Of a stretch of 64,000 nt of DNA, positions 28,831 through 37,766 are shown piece by piece; the first letter of the stretch is position 1; each line of letters starts with the position of its first letter. The notes below the pieces were generated by a model. It made no database searches. It saw only the letters and a list, made by a program, of their open reading frames with translations, and was not told the origin of the DNA. The position numbers were made by a program, and so were the translations under genes. Source of the stretch: Gammaproteobacteria bacterium (lineage in GTDB: Bacteria; Pseudomonadota; Gammaproteobacteria; Pseudomonadales; Balneatricaceae); assembly GCA_030748435.1 (NCBI GenBank), contig JASMLZ010000068.1, positions 721-64,720 of the forward strand, read 5' to 3'.

Positions 28831-30612
28831 TTAGCTGCTAATGCCAAAGACACTAAAGGGAATAAAATTAACGCTGCTGCCAGCAGGTAAAAAGCGGGTG
28901 TCTTCATCCACCTCAACTAGACCGTCGGCTTTGGTCATGGAGGTAAGAATCCCGGAGCCGTGAGCGGCACTGCGTTTAAGCAACACGCTACCATCTTCTT
29001 GCACCTGCCGAAATACCCTAATCCATTCCCGCCGACCGGCTTTTTTGTTAATGGCAAAACCCAGTGTTTGTGGGTAGCTTGCCGGCTTTTGCCAAGGGCT
29101 GCCAGCCAGTGCCTGCACCAGTGGCGCGCCAAACATCAGGCTGCACACATTGGCGGCTACAGGGTTACCGGGTAAGCCGAGGAACAAGGTCTGGCCTGCG
29201 TTGAGTGTGCCAAAAGCCAGAGGGCGGCCCGGTTTAATCGCCACACGCCAGGCATGTACTTCACCAAGGGCCGCCAGTACTTGGGCAATATGATCGTGAT
29301 CACCGGTGCTGGCACCGCCAGAGGTGATAATCAGGTCATGCTCCTGAGCTGCCTGGCTAAGTGCCTGATACAGGCTATCATAATCGTCAGCAATAATGCC
29401 CAGATCTGTTACCTGACACCGCAGGTCCTGATACAGGGCTTTAAGCAGATGTCGATTAACATCATAAATGCCATCTTCGGGTAGCTCTGAGCCAATTTCA
29501 TAGACCTCGTCGCCAGTGGAGAACAGGGCCACTTTGACAGGCATATATACGGGTAATCTGGTATTGCCGGTGGCGGCTGCCAAGCCGATATCCTGAGGGC
29601 GAACAGTGCGCCCTTGCGTCAGTATAATATCGCCTTGGCGCACATCTTCACCGCGAGGGCGCCAATTGGTATTGGCTTTGGTAGCAGGCGCAAACTGTAT
29701 CTTGTCAGACTGCGGCTGCACATCTTCCTGCATCACGACAGTATCAGCCCCTGCAGGCATGCGCGCTCCGGTAAAGACACGCAGGCAATGCCCGGGTTGT
29801 AGCTCTATATGCTGACTGACACCAGCATTGGCAACCCCTGCCATAATGGGCAAGCAATAATGATGGGCTTGCAGATCAGCATAACATAGGGCCCAGCCAT
29901 CCACTGCGACATTGTCAAATCGGGGGCTGTCAAAGGTGCTGATGATATTGTCTGCCAGCACCAGATTATGGCACTCATCCAATGGCCGTTGTTGTTGGCG
30001 GCCGTGAGGTTGTGTCAGGTTTTGCATGGCTTGCCAAACAGCTTCTGTCGCTAGTAGATTTTGGCTGCTACTATAGCAGTCATTGGGGTTGTTGCCAGTG
30101 GCTTCTTCTGCGCTCTTAAGCAAGCCTGTGTGCTGCAAAATCCAGTCAGCTATGTGGTCAATATCGTTAATATCCAGTAATGGCACATCAGCCTGAAGAT
30201 TATCAAGATCGGTTGCGATGGCTTTGATATTGGGCACCTGATGGGCTAGTAGCCCACGTTCGTTGGGCTGGCGTACCACTTCCAGTTTATCATGAGGCCC
30301 CTGTTTATAGCCTTCTACAATAACCAGATCGCAGGGGGCAAAGGCCTGCAGTAATTGTTCCAGTGGCGCTTCAGGCTGATCGCGATACTCATGCATCAAA
30401 GTCCAGCGTTTGCCTGTAGCAAGCATGGTTTGTGTGGTTCCAGCAACACGGTGACGATAACTGTCTCGGCCCGGTTCGTCCAAGTCCAGATCGTGGTGGG
30501 CATGCTTGATTGATGCCACCTTATAGCCGCGTTGTGTCAGGTTGCTGATTAGACCTTCGACCAGCGTGGTTTTACCGTTATTTTTCCAGCCAACAATTCC
30601 AAATACTTGCAT
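28831..30612 (-). CDS. moeA: Fused MobB (MGD biosynthesis adapter, P-loop) and MoeA (molybdopterin molybdotransferase)
   Basis: The N-terminal roughly 170 aa begin VFGIVGWKNNGKTTL ... SIKHAHH, which is MobB. The remainder is MoeA-like (TGDE, SGGAS(T)GDHD, PGNP). The alternative start at 30651 is less consistent with the MobB N-terminus. Confidence 0.8.
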   Translation of the reverse strand: MQVFGIVGWKNNGKTTLVEGLISNLTQRGYKVASIKHAHHDLDLDEPGRDSYRHRVAGTTQTMLATGKRWTLMHEYRDQPEAPLEQLLQAFAPCDLVIVEGYKQGPHDKLEVVRQPNERGLLAHQVPNIKAIATDLDNLQADVPLLDINDIDHIADWILQHTGLLKSAEEATGNNPNDCYSSSQNLLATEAVWQAMQNLTQPHGRQQQRPLDECHNLVLADNIISTFDSPRFDNVAVDGWALCYADLQAHHYCLPIMAGVANAGVSQHIELQPGHCLRVFTGARMPAGADTVVMQEDVQPQSDKIQFAPATKANTNWRPRGEDVRQGDIILTQGRTVRPQDIGLAAATGNTRLPVYMPVKVALFSTGDEVYEIGSELPEDGIYDVNRHLLKALYQDLRCQVTDLGIIADDYDSLYQALSQAAQEHDLIITSGGASTGDHDHIAQVLAALGEVHAWRVAIKPGRPLAFGTLNAGQTLFLGLPGNPVAANVCSLMFGAPLVQALAGSPWQKPASYPQTLGFAINKKAGRREWIRVFRQVQEDGSVLLKRSAAHGSGILTSMTKADGLVEVDEDTRFLPAGSSVNFIPFSVFGISS

Positions 30613-30833
30613 GGGTCTTCTTGATAGGTAAGTTACCCGCTTATTGTACATCTATTGCACTAATTTGAGCTTACGTGTTTGCGTCTTTTTTATGTTCGTG
30701 GTGGTGTTTGTCTCGATAACTTGACTTAGGTCGCAACTAAATAAGCTATTAGGGTGGGCTTTATGCACAATAGGTAACAATTGCTGAGCTCTGCTGTTAA
30801 GTGGAGTTTTTTTATTACCATATGGTTGACCCT

Positions 30834-32084
30834 ATGAAAAAATATTCAGGCTTTAGCCTCTTTAAACATGCTTTAAAGCATCATGAAGATTGGCAGAAGA
30901 CGTGGCGTAGCCCACGTCCCAAGCAGTCCTACGATGTTATTATTGTGGGCGGTGGCGGCCATGGCTTAGCCACGGCTTACTATCTGGCCAAAGAACATGG
31001 CATCACTAATGTAGCGGTGCTGGAAAAAGGCTATTTGGGCGGTGGTAACACGGCCCGCAACACGACCATTGTGCGTTCCAACTATTTGTGGGACGAGTCG
31101 TCCAGACTTTATGATCATGCTCTGGATCTTTGGTATGGCCTGAGTCAGGACCTGAACTATAATGTGATGTTTAGTTCTCGTGGGGTTATGAATCTGGGCC
31201 ATAACCTGCAGGATATGCGCGATATTGAACGTCGAGTTAATGCTAACCGCCTAAATGGCATTGATGCCGCTGTGCTGACTACCAAAGAAGTCAAAGACAT
31301 TGTGCCTATTATTAACGACTCGCAGGATATCCGCTACCCGATTCTAGGTGCTTCCTGGCAAAAAACCGGTGGTGTGGCACGTCACGATGCTGTGGCTTGG
31401 GGCTATGCTCGCGGCGCTGACCAGTTGGGTGTGGATTTGATTCAACAGTGTGAAGTAACGGACATTGTGGTTGAGCAGGGAGCGGTTACAGGTGTGCAGA
31501 CCAGTCAGGGCTTTATTGGCGCCAAAAAGGTTGCCTGTGTTACGGCTGGTAACTCCGGTGTGATGGCCTCTATGGCAGGTATTCGCCTGCCTCTGGAATC
31601 GCACCCGTTGCAGGCTTTGGTATCTGAACCCATTAAGCCCATTATTGATACGGTGGTGATGTCCAATGCTGTGCATGCTTATGTGAGTCAATCAGATAAG
31701 GGTGACTTGGTAATTGGTGCTGGCATCGACGCCTATAATGGCTATGGTCAGCGCGGTAGCCTGCATGTGGTTGAACATACCTTGTCGGCTATTTGTGAAC
31801 TCTTCCCCATGTTTAGTCGCGTGCGTATGAATCGTGCCTGGGGCGGAATTGTGGATACCTGTCCCGATGCTTGTCCGATCATCTCCAAAACCCAGGTTGA
31901 TGGTTTGTACTTTAATTGTGGTTGGGGCACTGGCGGCTTTAAGGCCACGCCGGGTTCTGGTCATGTATTTGCCCATACGGTGGCCCATGATGATCCTCAT
32001 CCGTTGGCTAAACCATTTACTATCGACCGCTTTAACACTGGCCATTTGATTGATGAGCATGGTGCTGCTGGCGTGGCGCACTAG
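30834..32084 (+). CDS. soxB: Sarcosine oxidase subunit beta
   Basis: 416 aa. [27 protein letters not shown] is followed by [18 protein letters not shown], a typical SoxB N-terminus. It heads a soxBDAG gene order. Confidence 0.9.
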   Translation: MKKYSGFSLFKHALKHHEDWQKTWRSPRPKQSYDVIIVGGGGHGLATAYYLAKEHGITNVAVLEKGYLGGGNTARNTTIVRSNYLWDESSRLYDHALDLWYGLSQDLNYNVMFSSRGVMNLGHNLQDMRDIERRVNANRLNGIDAAVLTTKEVKDIVPIINDSQDIRYPILGASWQKTGGVARHDAVAWGYARGADQLGVDLIQQCEVTDIVVEQGAVTGVQTSQGFIGAKKVACVTAGNSGVMASMAGIRLPLESHPLQALVSEPIKPIIDTVVMSNAVHAYVSQSDKGDLVIGAGIDAYNGYGQRGSLHVVEHTLSAICELFPMFSRVRMNRAWGGIVDTCPDACPIISKTQVDGLYFNCGWGTGGFKATPGSGHVFAHTVAHDDPHPLAKPFTIDRFNTGHLIDEHGAAGVAH

Positions 32085-32094
32085 GAGACGGACA

Positions 32095-32385
32095 ATGTTA
32101 CATATCTATTGCCCATATTGTGAAGAAATGCGTGAAGAAGAAGAGTTTTCCTACGCTGGTGAAGCTCATATAGCCCGCCCATTGGACCCTGAATCCCTGA
32201 CGGATGCCCAGTGGGGGGACTATGTGTTCTTCCGCACTAATCCCCGTGGTTTGCATCACGAAATGTGGAATCATGCGGCGGGTTGCCGACGCTATTTCAA
32301 TGTGACCCGTGATACTCAAACCTATGTCATACACGAGACCTATAAGATGGGTGAACAACCTTCTGTCACTGGAGAAAAGCCATGA
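32095..32385 (+). CDS. soxD: Sarcosine oxidase subunit delta
   Basis: 96 aa. It starts MLHIYCPYCEE and later has HAAGCRRYF, which together form the zinc-binding Cys cluster of SoxD. An RBS AGGAGA precedes it. The ORF-track start at 32050 overlaps soxB and is unlikely. Confidence 0.85.
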   Translation: MLHIYCPYCEEMREEEEFSYAGEAHIARPLDPESLTDAQWGDYVFFRTNPRGLHHEMWNHAAGCRRYFNVTRDTQTYVIHETYKMGEQPSVTGEKP

Positions 32386-35300
32386 GCACCAAGCAAGACC
32401 AGTGCCACCGCCTAGAGCAGGGTGGTCGTATTGACCGCAGCCAGCCTTTGACTTTTACCTGGAACGGCAAGCAGTATCAAGGTTACAAGGGTGATACCCT
32501 GGCTTCAGCAATGCTGGCTAACGGCATCAAAATTGTGGGTCGCAGTTTTAAATACTCTCGCCCTCGTGGCATCTTTGGCCATGGGGCAGAAGAGGCTAAT
32601 GCCTTGATGCAACTGGGGGTTGGCAAGGAAACGATTCCCAATCCAAGGGCTACGCAAATAGAATTATTTGATGGCTTAACAGCCACCGCGACCAATGGCT
32701 GGCCTAGTGCCGATTTTGATTTGATGGAATGGGTAGGCAAGATTGGTGGCAAGATGATGCCGCCGGGGTTTTATTATAAAACCTTTATGTGGCCCGAAAA
32801 AATGTGGATGACTTACGAAAAGTTTATCCGCAAAGCTGCCGGTTATGGCAAGGCTTCTTTAGAGGCCGACCCTGATATCTATGACAAGCTTAACCGTCAC
32901 TGTGACGTTATGGTGGTCGGTGCTGGACCTGCTGGCCTGGCAGCTGCTCTGGAAGCTGGACGGGCCGGTAAGCGGGTGATAATTGCTGATGAACAGGATG
33001 AGTTCGGTGGCAGTTTGCTAGCCAGCAAGCAAACTATTAACGGTCAGGCAGCTGCTGCTTGGGCTGAGTCTGCAGCGGCAGAATTGGCGGCTATGGACAA
33101 TGTGCTATGTTTGTCGCGCACCACGGTATTTGGTTATTATGACCACAATTTTCTTGGTGCTTTGGAACGGCGCACAGATCATGAGGGTATGACGGCTAAA
33201 AGTGGTTCGCGCCAGCGTATTCATCGTATTCGTGCCCATGAGGTGGTGTTGGCAGCGGGTGCCCTTGAACGTCCTCTGGTGTTTGCCAATAACGATCTGC
33301 CAGGAGTCATGTTATCAGGTTCTGTGGCGACCTATATTAATCGCTATGGTGTCGTGCCAGGTAATCGCTGTGTAGTGATGACTACTAACGATTCCGGTTA
33401 TCAAACAGCGCTGGATATTACGGCAGCAGGTCGTACTGTGGTGGCTATCGTTGATACGCGTCAGCAGCCTGAAGGACGTCTGATTGAGGCAGCACGTGCA
33501 GCGGGCATTGTTATTAAAGCCGGCCATGCCGTGATTGAAGCTCAGGGTAGTAAACAGGTAACTGATGCTCTGGTGGCACCAATTGATGCTGCAGGTGAGC
33601 AGATAACCGGTAAACCTGTTTCCCTAAGCTGTGATTTGATTGCCGTGGCTGGTGGTTGGAGCCCGGTGGTGCATTTAAGTTGTCACACTGGCAGCCGTCC
33701 GCAATGGAACGATACTATAGCTGCTTTTGTCCCCGGCCCAAGTGTACAGCGCCAGCATCTGGCTGGTGCTGTTAATGGTGAATATACCACAGTTGGTGCT
33801 TTGCAGGCGGGCGCCCAGATGGGTGCCTTGGCGGCTGGCAGTGAAGCAACGACAAGCTATGACTGTGGCGACGAGTCAGTTGGCCTGGCCCAGGCTCTAT
33901 ATCTGGTGCCCCACACCAAACCAGTTAGTCGTGCGCCCAAGCAATTTGTGGATTTTCAGAACGATGTCACGGCCGCTGGTATTGAACTAGCCAATCGCGA
34001 AGGTTTTGAATCCATAGAGCATGTAAAGCGTTATACCGCCATGGGTTTTGGTACGGATCAGGGTAAAACCGGTAATATTAACGGTATGGCGATTACCGCT
34101 AAGAATCTGGGTAAAACTATTGCTGAAACGGGTACCACCATTTTTCGCCCGGCCTATACTCCGGTGACTTTTGGTGCTATGGGTGGCCGTGATATTGGTG
34201 AGTTACTGGATCCTGCCCGGCATACGGCTATGCATCCATGGCATGTGGAAAACGGTGCCTTGTTTGAAAATGTCGGTCAATGGAAACGACCCTGGTATTA
34301 CCCCAAGGCAGGTGAGACCATGCAGCAAGCCCTAAACCGTGAATGTATGGCGGTACGCAATAGTGTAGGCATACTGGATGCCTCCACTTTGGGTAAGATT
34401 GATATTCAGGGTCGAGACGCCCGTGAGTTTCTTAATCGTGTGTATACCAATGCCTGGAGTAAGCTGGCGCCGGGTAAATGCCGCTATGGGTTGATGCTCA
34501 AAGAAGATGGTATGGTGTTTGATGATGGTGTCACTGCCTGTCTGGATGATAACCATTTTCTGATGACTACCACCTCTGGTGGCGCTGCTGCGGTATTGTC
34601 ATGGTTGGAAATGTGGCATCAAACCGAATGGCCTGAACTGGAAGTCTACTTTACTTCGGTCACTGACCAGTGGGCAACCTGTTCCTTCTCGGGCCCCAAT
34701 GCTCGCAAGGTGTTGGCCAAACTATGTGATGATGTTGATCTGTCTGCTGAAGCCTTTAAGTTTATGGATTGGCGTGCAGGTACGGTAGCAGGTGTTAAGG
34801 CGCGTATCTTCCGCATCTCCTTTACCGGTGAACTGGCCTATGAAGTTAACGTACCGGCTAATCAAGGCCTGTATATGTGGCAACAGATTGTGGCGGCTGG
34901 TGCAGAGTTTGGTATCACCCCTTACGGCACGGAAACCATGCACGTGCTACGGGCTGAAAAAGGCTATATTATTGTTGGTCAGGATACGGATGGCTCTTTG
35001 ACACCGCAGGATTGTGGTATGCACTGGATTGTTGGTAAAAACAAGGACTTCAGCTTTCTCGGTAAGCGTTCCTTTACCCGTCCCGATACCTCGCGCGAGG
35101 ACCGTAAGCATCTGGTCGGCTTAAAACCCAAAGATCCAACCGTCGTGTTGCCAGAAGGTGCACAGATTGTACCTGATCCCAAACAGCCTATCCCTATGGA
35201 TATGCTGGGGCACGTTACCTCCAGCTACTGGAGTGAGTGTCTGGGTCATGGTATTGCTTTAGCTACGGTTAAGTCTGGCCACCACAAGATGGGTGATACA

Positions 35301-35393
35301 GTGTATTGCCCTCTGGCTGATGGTCGCGTGTTAGCTGCAGAAATCTGCAGTCCCGTATTTTACGATCCAAAAGGGGAGCGTCACAATGACTAG
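32382..35393 (+). CDS. soxA: Sarcosine oxidase subunit alpha
   Basis: 1003 aa. It has an N-terminal 2Fe-2S-like fold, an NAD/FAD fold [12 protein letters not shown] and a C-terminal GcvT-like folate domain. The ATGA overlap with soxD indicates translational coupling. Confidence 0.9.
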   Translation: MSTKQDQCHRLEQGGRIDRSQPLTFTWNGKQYQGYKGDTLASAMLANGIKIVGRSFKYSRPRGIFGHGAEEANALMQLGVGKETIPNPRATQIELFDGLTATATNGWPSADFDLMEWVGKIGGKMMPPGFYYKTFMWPEKMWMTYEKFIRKAAGYGKASLEADPDIYDKLNRHCDVMVVGAGPAGLAAALEAGRAGKRVIIADEQDEFGGSLLASKQTINGQAAAAWAESAAAELAAMDNVLCLSRTTVFGYYDHNFLGALERRTDHEGMTAKSGSRQRIHRIRAHEVVLAAGALERPLVFANNDLPGVMLSGSVATYINRYGVVPGNRCVVMTTNDSGYQTALDITAAGRTVVAIVDTRQQPEGRLIEAARAAGIVIKAGHAVIEAQGSKQVTDALVAPIDAAGEQITGKPVSLSCDLIAVAGGWSPVVHLSCHTGSRPQWNDTIAAFVPGPSVQRQHLAGAVNGEYTTVGALQAGAQMGALAAGSEATTSYDCGDESVGLAQALYLVPHTKPVSRAPKQFVDFQNDVTAAGIELANREGFESIEHVKRYTAMGFGTDQGKTGNINGMAITAKNLGKTIAETGTTIFRPAYTPVTFGAMGGRDIGELLDPARHTAMHPWHVENGALFENVGQWKRPWYYPKAGETMQQALNRECMAVRNSVGILDASTLGKIDIQGRDAREFLNRVYTNAWSKLAPGKCRYGLMLKEDGMVFDDGVTACLDDNHFLMTTTSGGAAAVLSWLEMWHQTEWPELEVYFTSVTDQWATCSFSGPNARKVLAKLCDDVDLSAEAFKFMDWRAGTVAGVKARIFRISFTGELAYEVNVPANQGLYMWQQIVAAGAEFGITPYGTETMHVLRAEKGYIIVGQDTDGSLTPQDCGMHWIVGKNKDFSFLGKRSFTRPDTSREDRKHLVGLKPKDPTVVLPEGAQIVPDPKQPIPMDMLGHVTSSYWSECLGHGIALATVKSGHHKMGDTVYCPLADGRVLAAEICSPVFYDPKGERHND

Positions 35394-35967
35394 TATGCAA
35401 ACGCCTCTACATAATATTACCTTGCCAGCCAGTGTGTCTGATGCCGGTGTGGTTATGCGCGAAGACAAGTTTCGTGGCCATTTAAATTTGCGCGGTAATC
35501 CACAGGATGCCGCCTTTACTGATGCTGTAGCGCAGGTACTGGGCGTGGCTTTGCCACTGGCACCCAACACTAGTGCTGAACAAGGCTCTACGCGTATTTA
35601 TTGGTTGTGTCCCAATGAATGGCTGCTGTTGGTTGCTGAAGGCACACAAGGGCAGGTGGAAGCAGATTTACGTGCCGCTCTGGCGCATCAGCATATTGCT
35701 GTTACAGACCTTTCGAGTGGCCAAACACTGGTCAATCTGTCGGGTGCTAAACTGGATGAGTTGATGATGAAGTCGGCAGTTTATGATTGCCATGCCAGTA
35801 ACTTCCCTGTGGGTAAGGTGGTGCAGACCACCTTTGCCAAAGCGGGGGCCACCATCTACAAATGTGAAGATGGTTCTTTTGATCTGGTGATTAGGCGCAG
35901 CTTCTCTGACTACTTTTTTCTGTGGCTAAAAGATGCCAGTAAAGAATATGGATTGTCAGTCATATAG
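35386..35967 (+). CDS. soxG: Sarcosine oxidase subunit gamma
   Basis: 193 aa. It overlaps the soxA stop codon and has the position and size expected of SoxG. Confidence 0.8.
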   Translation: MTSMQTPLHNITLPASVSDAGVVMREDKFRGHLNLRGNPQDAAFTDAVAQVLGVALPLAPNTSAEQGSTRIYWLCPNEWLLLVAEGTQGQVEADLRAALAHQHIAVTDLSSGQTLVNLSGAKLDELMMKSAVYDCHASNFPVGKVVQTTFAKAGATIYKCEDGSFDLVIRRSFSDYFFLWLKDASKEYGLSVI

Positions 35968-35996
35968 ACCAGTTTGCCAAGCTTGTATGCGATAAT

Positions 35997-36028
35997 AAAA
36001 AGCCAGCTTTTATAGCTGGCTTTTTTTA
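35997..36028 (+). terminator. Rho-independent terminator after soxG
   Basis: Stem AGCCAGC/GCTGGCT (36001-36007 and 36015-36021) flanked by an A-run and a T7 run. Confidence 0.8.
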
Positions 36029-36045
36029 TCAATGAGAATGAAACA

Positions 36046-36465
36046 ATGATGGAAGTGTATAGCAGTGCTCTTGTGGGCATCTGGGTTATCCTGTTAACAG
36101 TCTTTATACAATCTATGGTGGCCAGTATTGCCCATCGCCGGCAAAAGCATTATGTGCCAGGTATTGTCGATAACAAACTTAGTCACGAGTCTTTTGTGTT
36201 TCGCAGCCACCGCACGCTGATCAATTCGTTGGAAAATCTGGTGTTGATGTTGGGTACGGTAGTAGTGGCTATGCTGGCCGGGGTTGAGGCCAGCTGGGTA
36301 GCTGGCACAGTGTGGGTTTATGCACTGGCACGGCTTGTGCATATGTGGCTATATTATGCGCTTGCCACAGAAAAGAATCCCAGCCCTCGCAGTTATTTTT
36401 ATATCATTGGCATGCTGGCTAATCTGGTGCTGCTGGTAAAACTGGGCTGGTTTGTACTAGTGTAA
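36046..36465 (+). CDS. MAPEG-family membrane protein (glutathione-transferase-like)
   Basis: 139 aa with about 4 TM segments. The conserved pattern RSHRTLINSLENL ... ARLVHMWLYY resembles the MAPEG signature. Confidence 0.55.
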   Translation: MMEVYSSALVGIWVILLTVFIQSMVASIAHRRQKHYVPGIVDNKLSHESFVFRSHRTLINSLENLVLMLGTVVVAMLAGVEASWVAGTVWVYALARLVHMWLYYALATEKNPSPRSYFYIIGMLANLVLLVKLGWFVLV

Positions 36466-36521
36466 CAGGTATTGTTATACCCCAAAGTTTCGGCACAGGT
36501 TTCTATATATAAATCCACCTC

Positions 36522-36553
36522 AGGCCAACCAGCTATGCCTTGTTGGCCTTTCT
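36522..36553 (+). terminator. Hairpin terminator between the convergent MAPEG and MerR genes
   Basis: 8-bp stem AGGCCAAC/GTTGGCCT followed by TT. Confidence 0.5.
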
Positions 36554-36555
36554 AT

Positions 36556-36963
36556 CTAGTGTTGGCATAGCTGATGATCAGCCAATGTATAAATGACCTG
36601 ACAGGGCTGATTATGCCCCTGTTTACAACTGATCAGCATCTGCTCAAGCTCTTGTGCTAGACTCTGCAGACGTTCTATGCGAGAACGTGTTGCCTGCAGT
36701 TGTTGACGGGCAATTAACCCTGCCTGATGACTATCTTTATTTGGCCCCTGGCTTAAGTGTATAAGCTGTCTGATGGCCGGCAAGGAAAAGCCCAATTGCC
36801 TAGCGTGACGAATAAATTTTAACTGTTGCAAGTTAGCTTGGCTATATAGGCGTTGGTTACCTGCTGAGCGTTGTGCAGGAGGCAGTAAGCCAATTTTTTC
36901 GTAGTAACGAATAGTGGTTATTTTGCAGCCCGTGGCTGTTGCCAGTTTACCGATCGAAAACAT
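36556..36963 (-). CDS. MerR-family metal-responsive transcriptional regulator (CueR/ZntR-like)
   Basis: 135 aa. It has an N-terminal HTH (IGKLATATGCKITTIRYYEKIGLL), a coiled-coil and a C-terminal C-x7-C (CKQGHNQPC) metal-binding loop. Confidence 0.8.
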   Translation of the reverse strand: MFSIGKLATATGCKITTIRYYEKIGLLPPAQRSAGNQRLYSQANLQQLKFIRHARQLGFSLPAIRQLIHLSQGPNKDSHQAGLIARQQLQATRSRIERLQSLAQELEQMLISCKQGHNQPCQVIYTLADHQLCQH

Positions 36964-36973
36964 AAAAAACTCC

Positions 36974-37004
36974 TTGAACCTCTAGTTGCTATAGGTTTTA
37001 TCAT
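36974..37004 (+). promoter_or_regulatory. MerR-type promoter: -35 TTGAAC, 19-bp spacer containing the dyad ACCTCTAG-TTG-CTATAGGT, -10 TATCAT
   Basis: Read directly from the sequence. The overlong 19-bp spacer with an internal imperfect palindrome is the hallmark of MerR-activated promoters. It faces the CDF gene at 37037. Confidence 0.7.
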
Positions 37005-37036
37005 ATCTCAAAATATCAAAGCAAGAGGAAATATGC

Positions 37037-37651
37037 ATGCAAGAATGTTGTTCTGCCAGTCCGGTATTTACGGGTATGGATCCACTCTATAAAAGAGCGC
37101 TTGGGTGGGTTATTGCTATAAATAGCATCATGTTTCTGGTGGAGTTGAGCGCTGGCGTTGCTGCTGGCTCACAGGCTTTGCAAGCCGATGCATTGGATTT
37201 TCTGGGAGATAGTGTCACCTATGGCTTATCCCTGTGGGCTATTGGCCGTGCTGTTAGCACACGCGCCACTGTGGCTATATATAAGGCAGCTAGCTTACTG
37301 CTGATGGGCTTGTGGGTGTTGGGCAGTACCTTGTACCAGTTTTTGATTCTAGGGGTGCCAGAGGCGCAAATAATGGGCTTTATCGGTTTGCTTGCTCTGC
37401 TTGCTAACTTGTTTAGTGTGCTTATTCTTGTTAAGTATCGTGCAGGGGATGCCAATGTGCGTTCAGTTTGGCTGTGTAGCCGTAATGATGCCATTGGTAA
37501 TGTGGCGGTGATCTTGGCATCACTGCTGGTTTGGTGGCTGGGGTCGGCTTGGCCAGATCTGGTAGTGGCTTTGTTGATGTCAGGATTATTTGTGTGGTCA
37601 GCTAAAAGTATATTTACACAAGCCTGGCAGGAAAGGCGACAGGCGCAGTGA
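37037..37651 (+). CDS. Cation diffusion facilitator (CDF) family metal efflux protein, short form lacking the cytoplasmic C-terminal domain
   Basis: 204 aa with 6 predicted TM segments and the CDF TM2/TM5 motifs (ALQADALDFLGDS ... CSRNDAIGN). A Cys-Cys pair lies at the N-terminus. Confidence 0.7.
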   Translation: MQECCSASPVFTGMDPLYKRALGWVIAINSIMFLVELSAGVAAGSQALQADALDFLGDSVTYGLSLWAIGRAVSTRATVAIYKAASLLLMGLWVLGSTLYQFLILGVPEAQIMGFIGLLALLANLFSVLILVKYRAGDANVRSVWLCSRNDAIGNVAVILASLLVWWLGSAWPDLVVALLMSGLFVWSAKSIFTQAWQERRQAQ

Positions 37652-37698
37652 GTGTGATCTGGTAGTTGATAGCGCTCTTTTTACAAATCATACGAGAA

Positions 37699-37730
37699 CA
37701 AAAAAGGCTTCCTAAGAAGCCTTTTTTGTT
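37699..37730. terminator. Bidirectional rho-independent terminator
   Basis: AAAAAAGGCTTC-CTAA-GAAGCCTTTTTT lies between the convergent CDF and ABC permease genes. Confidence 0.8.
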
Positions 37731-37766
37731 AGCTTTACCGCCCCTTTGATATAGGCGGCATACTTA

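Noticed and set aside
30613-30651. Over-extended ORF-track starts: mobB-moeA 30651, soxB 30801, soxD 32050, guaC 13119, icd 22606, potA-like 42517, SDRs 43732 and 57025, livF-like 60589.
   Set aside because: In each case the extension is non-homologous to the family N-terminus and often overlaps the upstream gene. An internal ATG with a better RBS or a family-typical N-terminus exists. These are annotation artefacts, not biology.
30652-30833. Glycine or THF riboswitch upstream of soxBDAG.
   Set aside because: No glycine-riboswitch core (such as the CTCTGGAGAG ... CACCGAAGGGGCAA type blocks) or THF motif is recognisable. The region looks like a plain promoter.
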